Source: Dipteris shenzhenensis
Lineage: Eukaryota
DNA length: 64,000 bases
Assembly: GCA_047967505.1 (NCBI GenBank)
Contig: CM106538.1
Strand: one strand, 5' to 3'
Under the pieces are notes generated by a model, which saw nothing but the letters and a program-made list of their open reading frames with translations, did not search any database and was not told the origin of the DNA. The number at the start of each line of letters is the position of its first letter. The first letter of the stretch is position 1. The position numbers were made by a program, and so were the translations under genes. Of this stretch, positions 51,918 to 64,000 are shown one piece after another.

Positions 51918-54900
51918 TGTTAAATTACACAGCACAGCGGAATAGAAACTGAACAAAGAATAGAGAGTACACAGCAAAATAGAGAGGAACAAAATTTTCC
52001 TTCAATACTGATGTAGTACAAATGATGGCTCTGTCCACCCGTGCGCTCCCACAGTGGAGCTTAGATGGTGATCTAGACAGACACTAGGTGGAGAGCTACT
52101 AGCTGGAAGATCTGATCTGATTTGAACTAATTTGATACAATGGACTGGGGAGGTCACCTCTTTATAGCTATGAGGGCGGTAGTTGGATCAACATAGTCAG
52201 TGGAACCGACCAATCAACCTAGTCAGTGGAGTCGACTAGTCAACCTAGTCGGTGGAGCTGACTAGTCATCCATGGAATATTCACGTAATATTCCCTATAC
52301 TGTCGCCTCAGGGGCTCTCGCCCCCGAACCCCCACCAAGGGGGCTGGCCCTAGTAAGAGTAAGGGGCTCCCACACAATCACCTTTCTACCATCAACGGTC
52401 TCATTGATAGACCTCATTTGACATGCAAGTCAGGATCCCAAGTCAGGATCCATCCAGTGTCCCAGGCTCACACATGGCTTCTCCTCATATGGGTGCCTTA
52501 CAACTTGAGCACCTTGAACCACTGGTGGTTACCAGGAGGGTGGGGCATTGAGCATATCTAACACCCCTTCTCAATGTCCACCCATAGGTGAACTCAATGT
52601 CGAGTCTCTGAAGATGACCCTGAAGCTGATCCTTCTCGAGTGCATTGGTGAAGATATCTTCTCCATTTTGCTTTGTTGGATTGCAGACCAATTCCACTAT
52701 CCCATCCTCAATCAAATCATGCACATAGTGATACTGAATCTCTATATGTTTTGTGCGCGCATGAAACACTGGATTTTTAGCAATGGCCATGCAACTTTGA
52801 TTGTCGCACCCCAGCACAATTGCCTCATCCTCTTGCACTCCCATGTGCCATAAGATCCTCCTCAGCCACACTGCTTCACAAGATGCAAAACATGCTCCCT
52901 TGTACTTAGCCTCGGTAGAAGACAATGCCACTGTTGGTTGTTTCTTACTGATCCAAGAGAAGATACCTGAACCTAAAGAGAAACAATATCCATAAATTGA
53001 TTTCCTGGAATCAACATCTCCAGCCCAATCTGAGTCATAATGACCAGCCAAGGAAGTGCCCGTACCATAGATGATGCCATAATCAAGAGTGCCCTTCACA
53101 TACTTGAGCACCCGCATCCTTGCATTCCAATGATTCTCTCAGGGCTTATTGGAGAACCTGCTCAAAATGCCAATAGCAAAACTGATGTCTGGTCTGGTGT
53201 TGCACAGATAGATGAGACTGTTGACCAACTTCGTGTACCTCCCGATGTTTGCTGGTGCTGAGGCATCCTCCATAGACAACCTTGCATTTACCTCCATAGG
53301 TGTAGCCATCTCCTTGCACTCGGACATACCAAATGCCTTCAAGGTCTCCCTTGCATATTTCTGCTGAGAGATGAAGATCTTGCCTTTGCCAGATTTTAAT
53401 CCCCAAACAGTAGTGCATCAAGCCTAAGTCTGCTGTCATCTCAAACTCAGTACTCAATGTCTTTCTTATCTGCTGGATCATGTCTTCATAGTCACCTGTA
53501 ATAAGGAGATCATCCACATATAGAACAATAATAGCAGATTGTCCACCTTCTTGTACACATACAAGTTAGCATCTGAGGCACATCTTTTAAAGTTTAATTT
53601 ATAAAAAAATTTGTCTATCCGTTGGTGCCATGCTCTTGGAGCCTGTTTTAGCCCCAATACAAAGCCTTCTTGAGCTTACATACCTTGTTTTGAGAATGGG
53701 GGGCCTCAAGCCCTGGTGGCTGAGCCACATACACCTCCTCCTTGAGGTCACCATTCAAGAATGCTGATTTAACATCCATTTGATAAATTGGCCACTTTTT
53801 ATGAGGAGCCACTGAGAGTACTATGCGAATAGTGGTCATTCTGGTAGTCGGAGCGAACGATTCTTGAAAATCAAATCCTTCAACCTGCAAAAATCCTTGT
53901 GCAACCAATCTGGCTCTGTTCTTTCCCAAAGTCCCATCGGCCTTGTACGTTACCTTCCAAACCCACTTGGTGCCAATAACCTTTTTGTTACGTGGTTGAT
54001 CTACCAGCTCCCAAGTTTTATTCTTCATGATGTTGTCATATTCTACTTGCATAGCATTTTTCCAATCTCGATCTGCAAGTGCTTCCTCCAAACTCGCAAG
54101 CTCCTTTACTTCTGCAATAATCTTAGCCATAAAGGCCATATTGACTATGTGAGCAGAAGCCCTTCTTTGCTCCTCGATTCTTTGAGACTACCTTGGTCCA
54201 TCTACATGTTGCTCAACAGACATAGGCATGTGCTTATCATGGTCGTAGAGTTGCCTTACCCATCGTGGCAATGGCTTTTCCAGTGGTGTAACAATAGGTT
54301 GGTGACTTATACCTTCATCATATGATATTTCCTCCTCCTTTATAGCTCCTGGGATAGGTCCATAGTGAATTACCTCTTCGCTTGATGATAAAGTCAAAGA
54401 GCTCTTCTCTACCTCCACTGCATGTGGTTGCTCCCTGAACACCACATCATGGCTCGCTATGATCTTCTTTGCCTCTCGGTCATACAACTTATAGGCTTTC
54501 TTCTCATCACAATAGCTTAAAAAGATACATTTGGTGGTTTTTGGTTGTAGCTTGTTTCTCTCTTTGTCTGGTACATGTGCATAGCATTCACACCCAAACG
54601 TTCTGAAATGGGAGACAAATGGCTTCTTACCACTGTAAGCCTCACATGGTGTTTTGCGTTTCAGTGCCTTTGTATAGCTGCGATTAAGGATGTAAACCAT
54701 AGTATTGATAGCCTCAGCCCAAAAGTGGTTTGGCAATCTAGCACCTTTCAACATACACCTCCCCATCTCCACGGTGGTCCACATTCGATGTTCAACAACC
54801 AAATTTTGCTGAGGCGTATGTGGTGTCATCGTTTGTTGCTTGATCCCTTTGCTCTTGCAAAAATCTCCAAACTCTGTAGAAACAAACTCACCACCACCAT

Positions 54901-55230
54901 TCGATCTGATTTTCTTCACTTTTCTCCTTATTTCATTTTCAACAAGCTGCAACCATTCTTTCAATTTACCAAAAGCTTGAACCTCTTTGCGAAAAAAGTA
55001 CACCCACATCTTCCTACTATAGTCACCAACAATCAATAAAAAATAGGCAGATCCCCCCAGGGCCTGTGTAGGCATCTTACCGCACAAGTGAACATGCACC
55101 AACTCTAGACGAGTGTTTGCTCTATTCTTAGTTTCTTGTGGGAATGCCTTTCTCTATTGCTTGCCCATCATGCAAGCGTCACATGGTTCTTTGATTTTTG
55201 CTACTGTAGGTAAGTGAGCAACCATATCTT
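51918..55230 (-). mobile_element. Copia family 2: IN-RT-RH plus 3' LTR (51918-52563), 5'-truncated
   Basis: [49 protein letters not shown] followed by TGTTAG...TAACA. Confidence 0.95.
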
Positions 55231-57350
55231 TGTAACAAAATAATACAATGTCTGTGCTCAACAGATAACAGGATCTCCTACGCAAGAGAGAAAACAAGAT
55301 AGTATGGAGAATCAAAAATTATATTACTATAGAACTGATACAATAGATGGCACTGCCTCCCAACCATGCACTCTTGTGAAAGAACCTTCGATGGCATGTT
55401 GGAAATAGTAGAAGACGGAGGTTGGATGCTAAGGAATCAGGGTTGCATGTAGCCTAGTTGGCGGTGTGCCAACTCTATCTGAAGCTGTCCAACCATCAGA
55501 CCACACATGGGCCCCATCTGGTGTCCAAACTAGGACCTACCAGATAACCGAGCTAGTCAAATGCCTTCTCCTCATATGGGGGGCTTGCAAGTAGAGTTAG
55601 CTGGTTCCCGCGTAGTTACACGAGAGTGGAGCATTGATATCTAGCACCCCCTCAATGTCCACCTGCAAGTGAACTTACTTTTTCGGCCCAATGCCAAGTC
55701 GATGAAGATGCCTCTCTAGCAAGCCTCTTCCAAGAGCCTTTGTGAAGATGTCTACAGCATTCTCTGTAGTCGGACAGTACACCAAGTCGACCTCTCCATC
55801 CATGATGAGCTCACGTACAAAGTAATATTGAATCTCAATGTGTTTTGTGTGAGCGTGGAACACCGGGTTCTTTGCAATCGCCATGCAACTCTGATTGTCA
55901 CATGATAACTACGTACTAGGCTTGTTCTGCACACCCATGTCCCCCGAAATCCTCCTCAACCACACTGTCTCGCAAGAAGCAAAGCATGCAGATTTGTACT
56001 TGGCCTCGGTAGAAGAAAGAGGGATGCGTCAATTTTACGAGCAAAAACCTATGAGCAGGTTTATCCGAGCGTGTTTTTCAAGAGATTTTTAAAAATATTT
56101 TTCTTTAGGAAACATGGTTTTTACACTTTTATTTTCACTAGAACTAGATCCCTTTATCATAAAACTATACAGACTAGTCACTCATTCATTTTTACACAAC
56201 ATAATTTTCTTATTTAGAGACATCCCTTTATACCCCTGTTATTACCTTAAAAAAGTGTTGATTCCTTTAAGAAACATTCCTCATAATCACTCTCAATGTA
56301 ATAATACTATGCATATATAATTACTTATTAACACATTTATATCATATGGCAATATCTTTTTAGTGTTTTTATAGCATATTTATGGACATGTTTCTAAAGA
56401 AGTTTAAATTACTATAAATAAGTATTAACTTGGGCTTATATATCACTCTCATAAAATACATGTAATATTTAATACTATATATGAAAGATTTTCCAAAATA
56501 TAACTCCATAGATGTGCTCAAATGGGGTGTTTTGATCAATTTGAGTGGTTGAATGACTATATTTGGACATTGGATATGAAAGTTATGTCACTTTTAAAAG
56601 TGCTGTCCAAGGTAGTTTCGCCAGCGAAACTACCTTGGGAGACTTGCTTCAAAGGGGTTTCGCTGGCGAAACTACCTGGATGGCTTGCTTCAATGAGTTT
56701 TCTTTGAAGAAACTCCTTCATGAAGATAGGTTGAGAGAGGGTTTTCAATGTCATCCCCTATTAAGTAAAAGTTGTAAGAAGGATCATAAGGGAATTTTCA
56801 TAGAGAAGTCTACTGTACATGTGGGTTTCTTCAAAAGCCATCCCATTATGCTCTCACCATTCCTACAGATTCACCTAAAGATTTTTGTATAAAATAGGCA
56901 TTGCTATAATACTTTGCATATTTCTAAGTGAAACTATGTTTTCTTCTGATCGATTTTTGCCATATTTATGCATAGTTGGAAGCTTTTTTTTTCCTTCGCT
57001 CGGACGCTCGGAAGATTTCGCTCAAAAAATGCTCGTCCCCAAGAAAGAGCAACTGTGGGCTGCTTCTTACTGACCCATGACACAACTCCAGATCCAAGTG
57101 AGAAACAATACCCTGTCATTGATCTCCTGCTATCCACGTCTCCTGCCCAATCCAAGTCACAGAATCCGGTCTCGATGTTGCCCTTGTTATAGGTGATGCC
57201 ATAACCAAGTGTGCCTTTGATGTATTTCAGCACCCGCATCCCTGCTCTCTAATGGTTCTCCCGGGGCTTATTGGAAAACTTGCTTAGTACACCAGTCACA
57301 AAATTGATGTCCGGCCGTGTGTTGCATAGGTAAATCAAGCTGCCCATAGT
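55231..57350 (-). mobile_element. Copia family 1 fragment (RT end, RNase H, internally deleted 3' LTR at 55231-55646), interrupted at 56022-57040
   Basis: Inverted homology to about 3690-5087. Confidence 0.92.
56022..57040. mobile_element. Non-autonomous TIR DNA transposon, MULE-like (9-bp TSD)
   Basis: AAGAAAGAG at 56013-56021 and 57041-57049; removing the insert and one copy restores the copia ALSSTEA codons; imperfect G-initial TIRs; AT-rich non-coding interior. Confidence 0.8.
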
Positions 57351-58810
57351 CTAGTTGCAAGGATGGCAACTGTAAGAGTAGTCATTGCTATGGCTGCATC
57401 AAAGGGATGGTCTTTACATCAGATGGATGTAAAGAATGCCTTCTTGCATGGTGATTTGCAAGAAGAGGTCTTTATGGAGCAGCCACCAGGTTATGTTCAT
57501 ATTGTTCATCTTGAGTTTGTTTGCAGGTTGAAGAAAGCCTTGTATGGCTTGAAGCAAGCACCTAGAACATGGTCTGACAAGATAGGACAGTATCTTGTCA
57601 CTATTGGCTTTCAGATTTCCAAGGCAGATTTCTCACTTTATGTGAGAAAAACAGAGAAAGGTATTATGATGCTTGTCATTTATGTTGATGATTTGATCAT
57701 CACAGGTGATAGTGATGAAGATATCCTTCATGTGAAAATGCTATTGAAGCAGAAGTTTGAGATGAAGGATTTGGGAGAGCTACATTATTTCTTGGGCGTT
57801 GAGGTGATTAGATCACCAAGTGGGATACGGCTCTTGCAGAGGCAGTATGGATTGGACATGCTGTCCAAATATGGGATGACAGGCTGTAAGCCTATTTCAG
57901 TTCCTTTGGAGCATAATGTGAAGCTAAGCACAGATGCAAGTGAGCTTCTAGAAGACCCTACTATGTACAGATGCATAGTAGGAAGTTTGATTTATATGAC
58001 TATTACCAGGCTAGATTTGAGCTATGCTATTGGATTGGTAAGTCAGTTTATGCAGGCTCCAAGAAAACCGCATTTGGATGCAGCTAGATGCATACTCAGG
58101 TATGTGAAGTCCACATTGCAGTATGGACTATTTTATGAGGCTAGAGTTCAGTGCAGTTGCATGGATACACTGATGCTGATTGGGCTGGTAGTATTTCTGA
58201 TAGACGATCTACCAATGGATATATTTTCTCTTTTGGGAGTGCTGCAATCACTTGGAGCAGCAAGAAACAGCCTATAGTTGCCTTGTCAAGCACAGAGGCT
58301 GAGTACAGGGGTGTAGCAATGGCTGCATGTGACGTAGCTTGGTTGCATAAGCTACTCTATGATATGCATCAGTCTACAGATGGGCCAGTTGTCATTTATT
58401 GTGACAACATGAGCAGTATACACTTGGCAAATAACCCAGTCTATCATGCTAGAATAAAGCACATTGAGGTGCGTTATCACTATGTGTGGGAGAAGGATTT
58501 ACTAAGTCTTATTGATCTAGTTTATGTCAGCATAGAGGATCAGGTAGCTGACATATTCACAAAGGCATTGGGCACAGAGAAGCTGCGCAAGTTCAGAGAC
58601 CTGCTTGGTGTGTAGGAATTGGGATTGTGAGCTCGAGGGGGAGTGTTGAGATATCGAGCTCCACTCATGATATGCCAGGGTGACCGTTGTGCATTTATGT
58701 CACCGACTTGTTAGCTGCAGATGCGGTTGGTAGCCCATGAATAATAGCTGGATGACAACTATCCTTATGTACTCTAGTTCATGGCTTAGTTAGTATGCCA
58801 CCTTAGTTAG
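57351..58810 (+). mobile_element. Copia family 3 RT-RNase H fragment with start of the 3' LTR (from 58644)
   Basis: QMDVKNAFLHGDL, LYGLKQAP, IYVDDLII, YTDADWAG; PPT GAGGGGGAG then TGTTG. Confidence 0.93.
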
Positions 58811-59517
58811 CTGAGTTTGGTTTGAGACCCACATATAGGGTTCTTCTTTTTCTTTGTACAAGAGTTCTTTTGGCTTTCACAACTAAGAAGAGGAAAACTG
58901 TTTTCAGCCTCCACCTTTGTGTGTATTCCCCCATTGTGTATGTGAGAAAGCCACAAGTGAGACTCCTTCCTTCTCTCCCACTATCTTCACAAAAAATTGA
59001 TATTAGTGGCAACTGGAGTTCTTGTTTTCCTCGTATCTTCATACAATTTCTGTGCAAATGTCTTATCTAGCTTTCTTTGATTTGTGAACAATAAAGCTCG
59101 ATCAATAAGCATTGTGGCCACACTGAATTTTGAAAATCCCCAAATGTACCCCTCATCCTTTGGAGGATGTAAGTCTGCCACACTTATAGAAAAGTCTGCG
59201 AGACTTGTATCTTCTTCTTGTGGATCCTCCTAATCATCACTATCCAATTTTTTGCTTGGTTTTAAATAACCTGCACTTGAATGATCTACACGTGGAGTAG
59301 GAGATATTTTGGTTCTCTTTCTAGGAATAGCTGTGGAACTTGAATCTGCTCCATGATCACTCCTTCTTGTTCTTTTAGTTGCAGCAGTCAATGGTGTAGA
59401 TACAGTTGGAGATACTATAGTTACTGCCATAGATATCGTAGTTACTCTTGTCGGAGATACCATATTTATCGCCACAGATATTGGCGGTACAACTTGAGGG
59501 CTACATGTTATAGATGG

Positions 59518-62500
59518 TGTACTTACTAAGAGTGCTCTCAATGGAAACAAGAATAGAAGAGGGAGAGAGAGAAACAAAAAGACACACAAGTTTTGGTGGG
59601 TGTAGAACACCCTAATCTTCTTTTTCATTCATTTATATATGTGTTTGAGTACTATACATAACCGGGGTAAAGGCACAGTAACCTTAAACCCCCACAACCT
59701 CCCACTTAAAGGCCAATGTGCCTTTAAGGGAGAACAACCAGTGAGCATACTATCCTATGCCCATCATACATGACAATACTCAAATCGCTGACTAGGTAGA
59801 CTCTTTGTCAGCATATTTGCAGGGTTATCATCTGTATAAACCTTGACAAGCTCTATGCACTTGTCCTCAAGTACCTCCTTGATGAAATGGTACCTGATCT
59901 CAATGTGTTTGGTCTTTGCATGAAAGACCAGATTATGTGCTAGCTAAATAGCACTCACGGAATCACTATGCAATGTCAGTATACCTGTATGAATCCCCAA
60001 ATCTCCCACTAGTGGATCAAGCCATATAGCCTCCTTGCAACCCTCTATGGCTGCAACATACTCAGCCTCTGTGGTAGACAAAGCAATGCACTTCTATGTG
60101 TGAGACATCAATGACAGTGCACCACCTGTGCAAAGATGAACACATAACCAGAAGTGGATCTCCTACTATCCACATGCCCTGCATAGTCGAATCTCTGTAC
60201 CCAAATACACGCATGTCTCCTCTACCAAAGTAGATGCACATCTCCTTCGTACCCTTCATGTACCTCATGATGTACTTAACTACCTCCCAATGCCTCTTTC
60301 CTGGATTAGCCATATACCGGCTAACAACTCCCACTGCAAATGCAATGTTTGGTCTAGTAGCTATCATAGCATACATGACTCCCAACCGCTGATGCATAAG
60401 GAACCTTGGCCATCATGGCCCTCTCCTCATCTAATTTGGGACTATCTGTATGACTCAGTTTCACATATGGAGGCAATGGAGTACTCACTGCCTTCCCCCC
60501 CTCCATATTGAAATGCTGCAATACTTTTGTAGCATACTCCTTCTATGAAAGCCAAACGAGTTTCCTACTCCGATCACGCATGATGCGCATACCAAGAATA
60601 TGGCCTGCAAGTCCGAAATCCTTCATATCAAAGACCTCATGCAACTTGGCCTTTAATGCATCTAGCTCATAAGTATTCTTGCTAGCCAATAGCTTATCAG
60701 CCACATATAGTGCTAGAATTATTAGGCTATTATCCTTAGCCCTTTTAGGGTAGAGGCAGTGATCAATTTCACTCCTTCTAAAACCCTAGGACCGAATGAA
60801 AGCATCAAACTTTGGATACCATCATCTAGGTGCTTGGTTAAGACCATAGAGACTCTTTTTCAGCTTGCAAACTAAATGCTCTTTGCCCTTTTCTTCAAAG
60901 CCTTCTGGTTGCACCATGTAAATTTCCTCATGCAGATCCCCATGCAAGAAAGTTGTCTTGACATCCATCTGAATAAGCTCCATATCTTCTACTGTCACTA
61001 GTCCAAGCATGCATCTAAGTGTGGTCATCTTCACAACCTAAGAGAATATCTCATCAAAGTCCACACGCTTCTCTTGCTTGAACCCTTTAGCGACCAAACA
61101 GGCCTTGTACCTAGGCACATCATCACCTATAACCTTCATTTTGTAGACCCATTAACATGGCAATGCTTTCTTTCCATGTGGCAAAGAAACCAAGCCCCAA
61201 GTCTTATTCTTCATAAGTGAACTCATCTTTGATTGCATAGCATACTCCCACTTGTGTTGATCCTCGTGCGTCATAGCCTCTCTGTAGCAAGAAGGCTCCC
61301 TGCAATCAATAAGCATCACATAGTCTACCCCTAGAACAAACCTATCAAGTGGTCTAAACACTCTAGATGATCTTCTGGAGGGCATTTCAGCTTGCTGTCC
61401 CACCTGTATATCAGCCACATTTGACTCATCATTTCCACCAATAGATGATCCATCATCTACCCTTGATTGTATACCTGTGGGAGTACTTGGTGGTACCATT
61501 TCTTGCACATTTGGTGCATGAACAGCTTGCTATCTATCAACATATGCAGGTGGATTCACATCCTGGAAAGTGATTCTCCTCATTTCCACATCCCTCATGG
61601 GTACCTTATGCATCTTCTTCTCATTGAAGACTACATCATGGCTATGTATGATCTTCTTTGCTTCTGGATCCTAGAGACGATAGCCCATCTCTCCACTTTC
61701 ACCATAACCTAGAAAGATGCATTTCCTAGACTTAGGATCTAGCTTCTTTCGAAGCTCTTTTAGCACATGTGCATATGCCTCACACCCAAATATGTGCAAA
61801 TGAGAGTAAGAGGGCTTCTTGCCACTCCATGCCTCTTTAGGAATACCACCATCCAAACTCTTACTAGGTGATCTATTGATCACATGCACTGCAGTCTTCA
61901 TTGCCTCAGCCCAAAAACCACCAGAAAGACTTGCATTGGAAAGCATGCATTGCAACCTTTCTTGAATGGTAGGTTCATCTTTTCTGCAAGTGGATTTTGC
62001 TCTGGAGTATGAGGGGATGTGAGCTCCCTCTTAATCCCACATGTATTATAGAAATGCTGAAAGACATGAGAGAGATACTCTCCACCATTGTCAGTTCGTA
62101 GGCATTTAAGCATTCTACCTGACTGATTCTCAACCAAGGCCAACCATTTTTGAAATACCTAGAATACATCACTCTTCCAAGCTATAGCATAAGCCCACAC
62201 TTTCCTAGTTGCATCATCAATGAATGTCACATAGTATTCAGCCCCGCCTAATGACCGTGTAGGCATGGGACCACATACATCTAAATGCACCAAATCAAGC
62301 TTTTGAAACTCTTTCTTTCCCCTTTTTTAATGGGCTGATTTAGCCTGCTTCCCATAGAGATAGTGCTCACAAAATTCAAAATCAGAGAAACTCAAATGCG
62401 GTACATAACCCAAATGGCATAAGAGTTTCATCCCATTTTGGCTCATATGGCCCAACCGGCAATGCCATAAAGAAGTGCTTCGCTGCTTGGTTATTTCAAC

Positions 62501-63219
62501 AACATGATCAAACACCCCTGATACATGTAAGGGATACAAAGTCCCACACTTGGCACCCCTAGCCAAAAGCATAGAGCCCTTTTGAATTTTCCAACTGTGA
62601 AAGCTAAAAGTGGTGTGAAAACCAGCATCATCTAGCTGACCCACTGAAATAAGACTCTTGGTCAACTTAGGCACATGTCTCACATGTTTCAAAACAAATG
62701 CAGACCCATTTGCAAAAGAAAACTTTGTCACCTGCTTCCACTATGTCACATGCATAGTCATTTCCAAGATGCACACAACCTGTCTTTCCACTATCATAAG
62801 TGGAGAACCATTCCCTATGGTGAGTAACATGGAATGAACCACCAGAATCCAAAATCCAATCCTAGGAATATGCATCATCTGAAGTGGTAAGCTGCAAATA
62901 AACTAGACATGAAGAGAATGTCATTGTCACTATCATGTGTGACTGCATTGATCTCCTCAATCTTCACTTTTCCTTTGTCCTCCCTTGGACTCCCTTCTGA
63001 TTTGCACCCCAATTTGCATTCTTTTTCTTATCCTTTTGCTCTCTTTACAGCTTGTAGCAATAATTTTTCATATGGCCCTTCTTGCCACAGTGGTAACACT
63101 CAATGTTCTATGCCCTAGATTTGCTACGAGACTTCCCTCTTTCTTAGTACTTCCCCCTGAGCTGTGATCTACCCCTCTGCACATTTAAGGCAGCATCCTG
63201 CTTGTTGTTGTCCATAGAC
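59518..63219 (-). mobile_element. Copia family 4 (Tnt1-like) decayed PR-IN-RT-RH with a short putative 3' LTR (59518-59696)
   Basis: DSGGSFH, LWHCRLGHMS, LRTDNGGEY, FWAEAM, QMDVKTTFLHGDL; PPT AGTGGGAGG. Confidence 0.9.
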
Positions 63220-63877
63220 TCGCAAGTGAACTTACTTTTTCGGCCTAATGCCAAGTCGATGAAGATGCCTCTCCAGTGAGTCTCTTCCAAGAGCCTTCGT
63301 GAAGATGTCCGTAGCATTCTCTGTAGTCGGACAATACACCAAGTCAATCTCTCCATCCATTATGAGCTCGCGTACAAAGTGATATTGAATCTCGATGTGT
63401 TTTGTGCGAGCGTGGAACACAAGGTTTTTTTGCAATCGCCATGCAACTCTGATTGTCACATGATAACTGCGTAGGCTTATTCTACACTGCACCCGTGTCC
63501 CCTAAAATCCTCCTCAACCACACTGCCTCACAAGAAGCAAAACATGTTGATTTGTACTCAGCCTCGGTAGAAGAAAGAGCAATTGTGGGTTGCTTCTTGC
63601 TGACCCATGACACAAGTCCATATCCAAGCGAGAAACAGTAACCTGTCACTGATTTCCTGCTGTCCACGTCTCCTACCCAATCCGAGTGATAGAATCCGGT
63701 CAAGATGTTACCCTTGGTATAGGTGATGCCATAATCAAGTGTGCCTTTGATGTATTTCAGTACCTGCATCCCTACCCTCCAATGGTTCTCCCGGGGCTTA
63801 TTGGAAAACCTACTTAGTACACCAGTCGCAAAGCAGATGTCGGGCTACATGTTGCACAAGTAAATCAAGCTGCCCAT
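63220..63877 (-). mobile_element. Copia family 1 RT-end and RNase H fragment
   Basis: VLKYIKGTLDYGI, SSTEAEYK, ARTKHIEI; closely similar to about 3690-4345. Confidence 0.93.
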
Positions 63878-64000
63878 GCATGATCATGAAGAATAAAAGC
63901 ATAGTCCCCTCCCTCACCTTATCTTTCTTGCCTGCCTCTCCTCTCCATCCACCTATCATCACCCTGTGCCTCTTCAAGACACTTGGGTTCTTCAACACGG

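Overview
Repeat-dense, heterochromatin-like window of a land-plant nuclear genome; the TE repertoire suggests a non-seed plant such as a fern or lycophyte, but that is inference only. It holds one apparently intact host gene, a 4-exon FAD-dependent monooxygenase at 25002-26783 (-), among nested, mostly decayed transposons. These include four Ty1/copia lineages, two Ty3/gypsy elements, a CACTA end, a MULE-like non-autonomous insertion, a Helitron carrying an AP-endonuclease domain (Helentron/HLE2 type), and two Sola-type DDD transposons. One is a fully delimited Sola2-like element (TIRs plus 4-bp TSD) inserted into a gypsy gag zinc knuckle. The other is a Sola1/DUF7869-like transposase preceded by a 6.8-kb hairpin-containing satellite with three-tier periodicity (about 182, 546 and 1640 bp). 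It is followed by convergent, decayed cargo-like genes, one with putative BAH and ubiquitin-like domains. That satellite, transposase and chromatin-reader block is the most interesting candidate system. All family and domain calls were made by eye from motifs; no searches were run.
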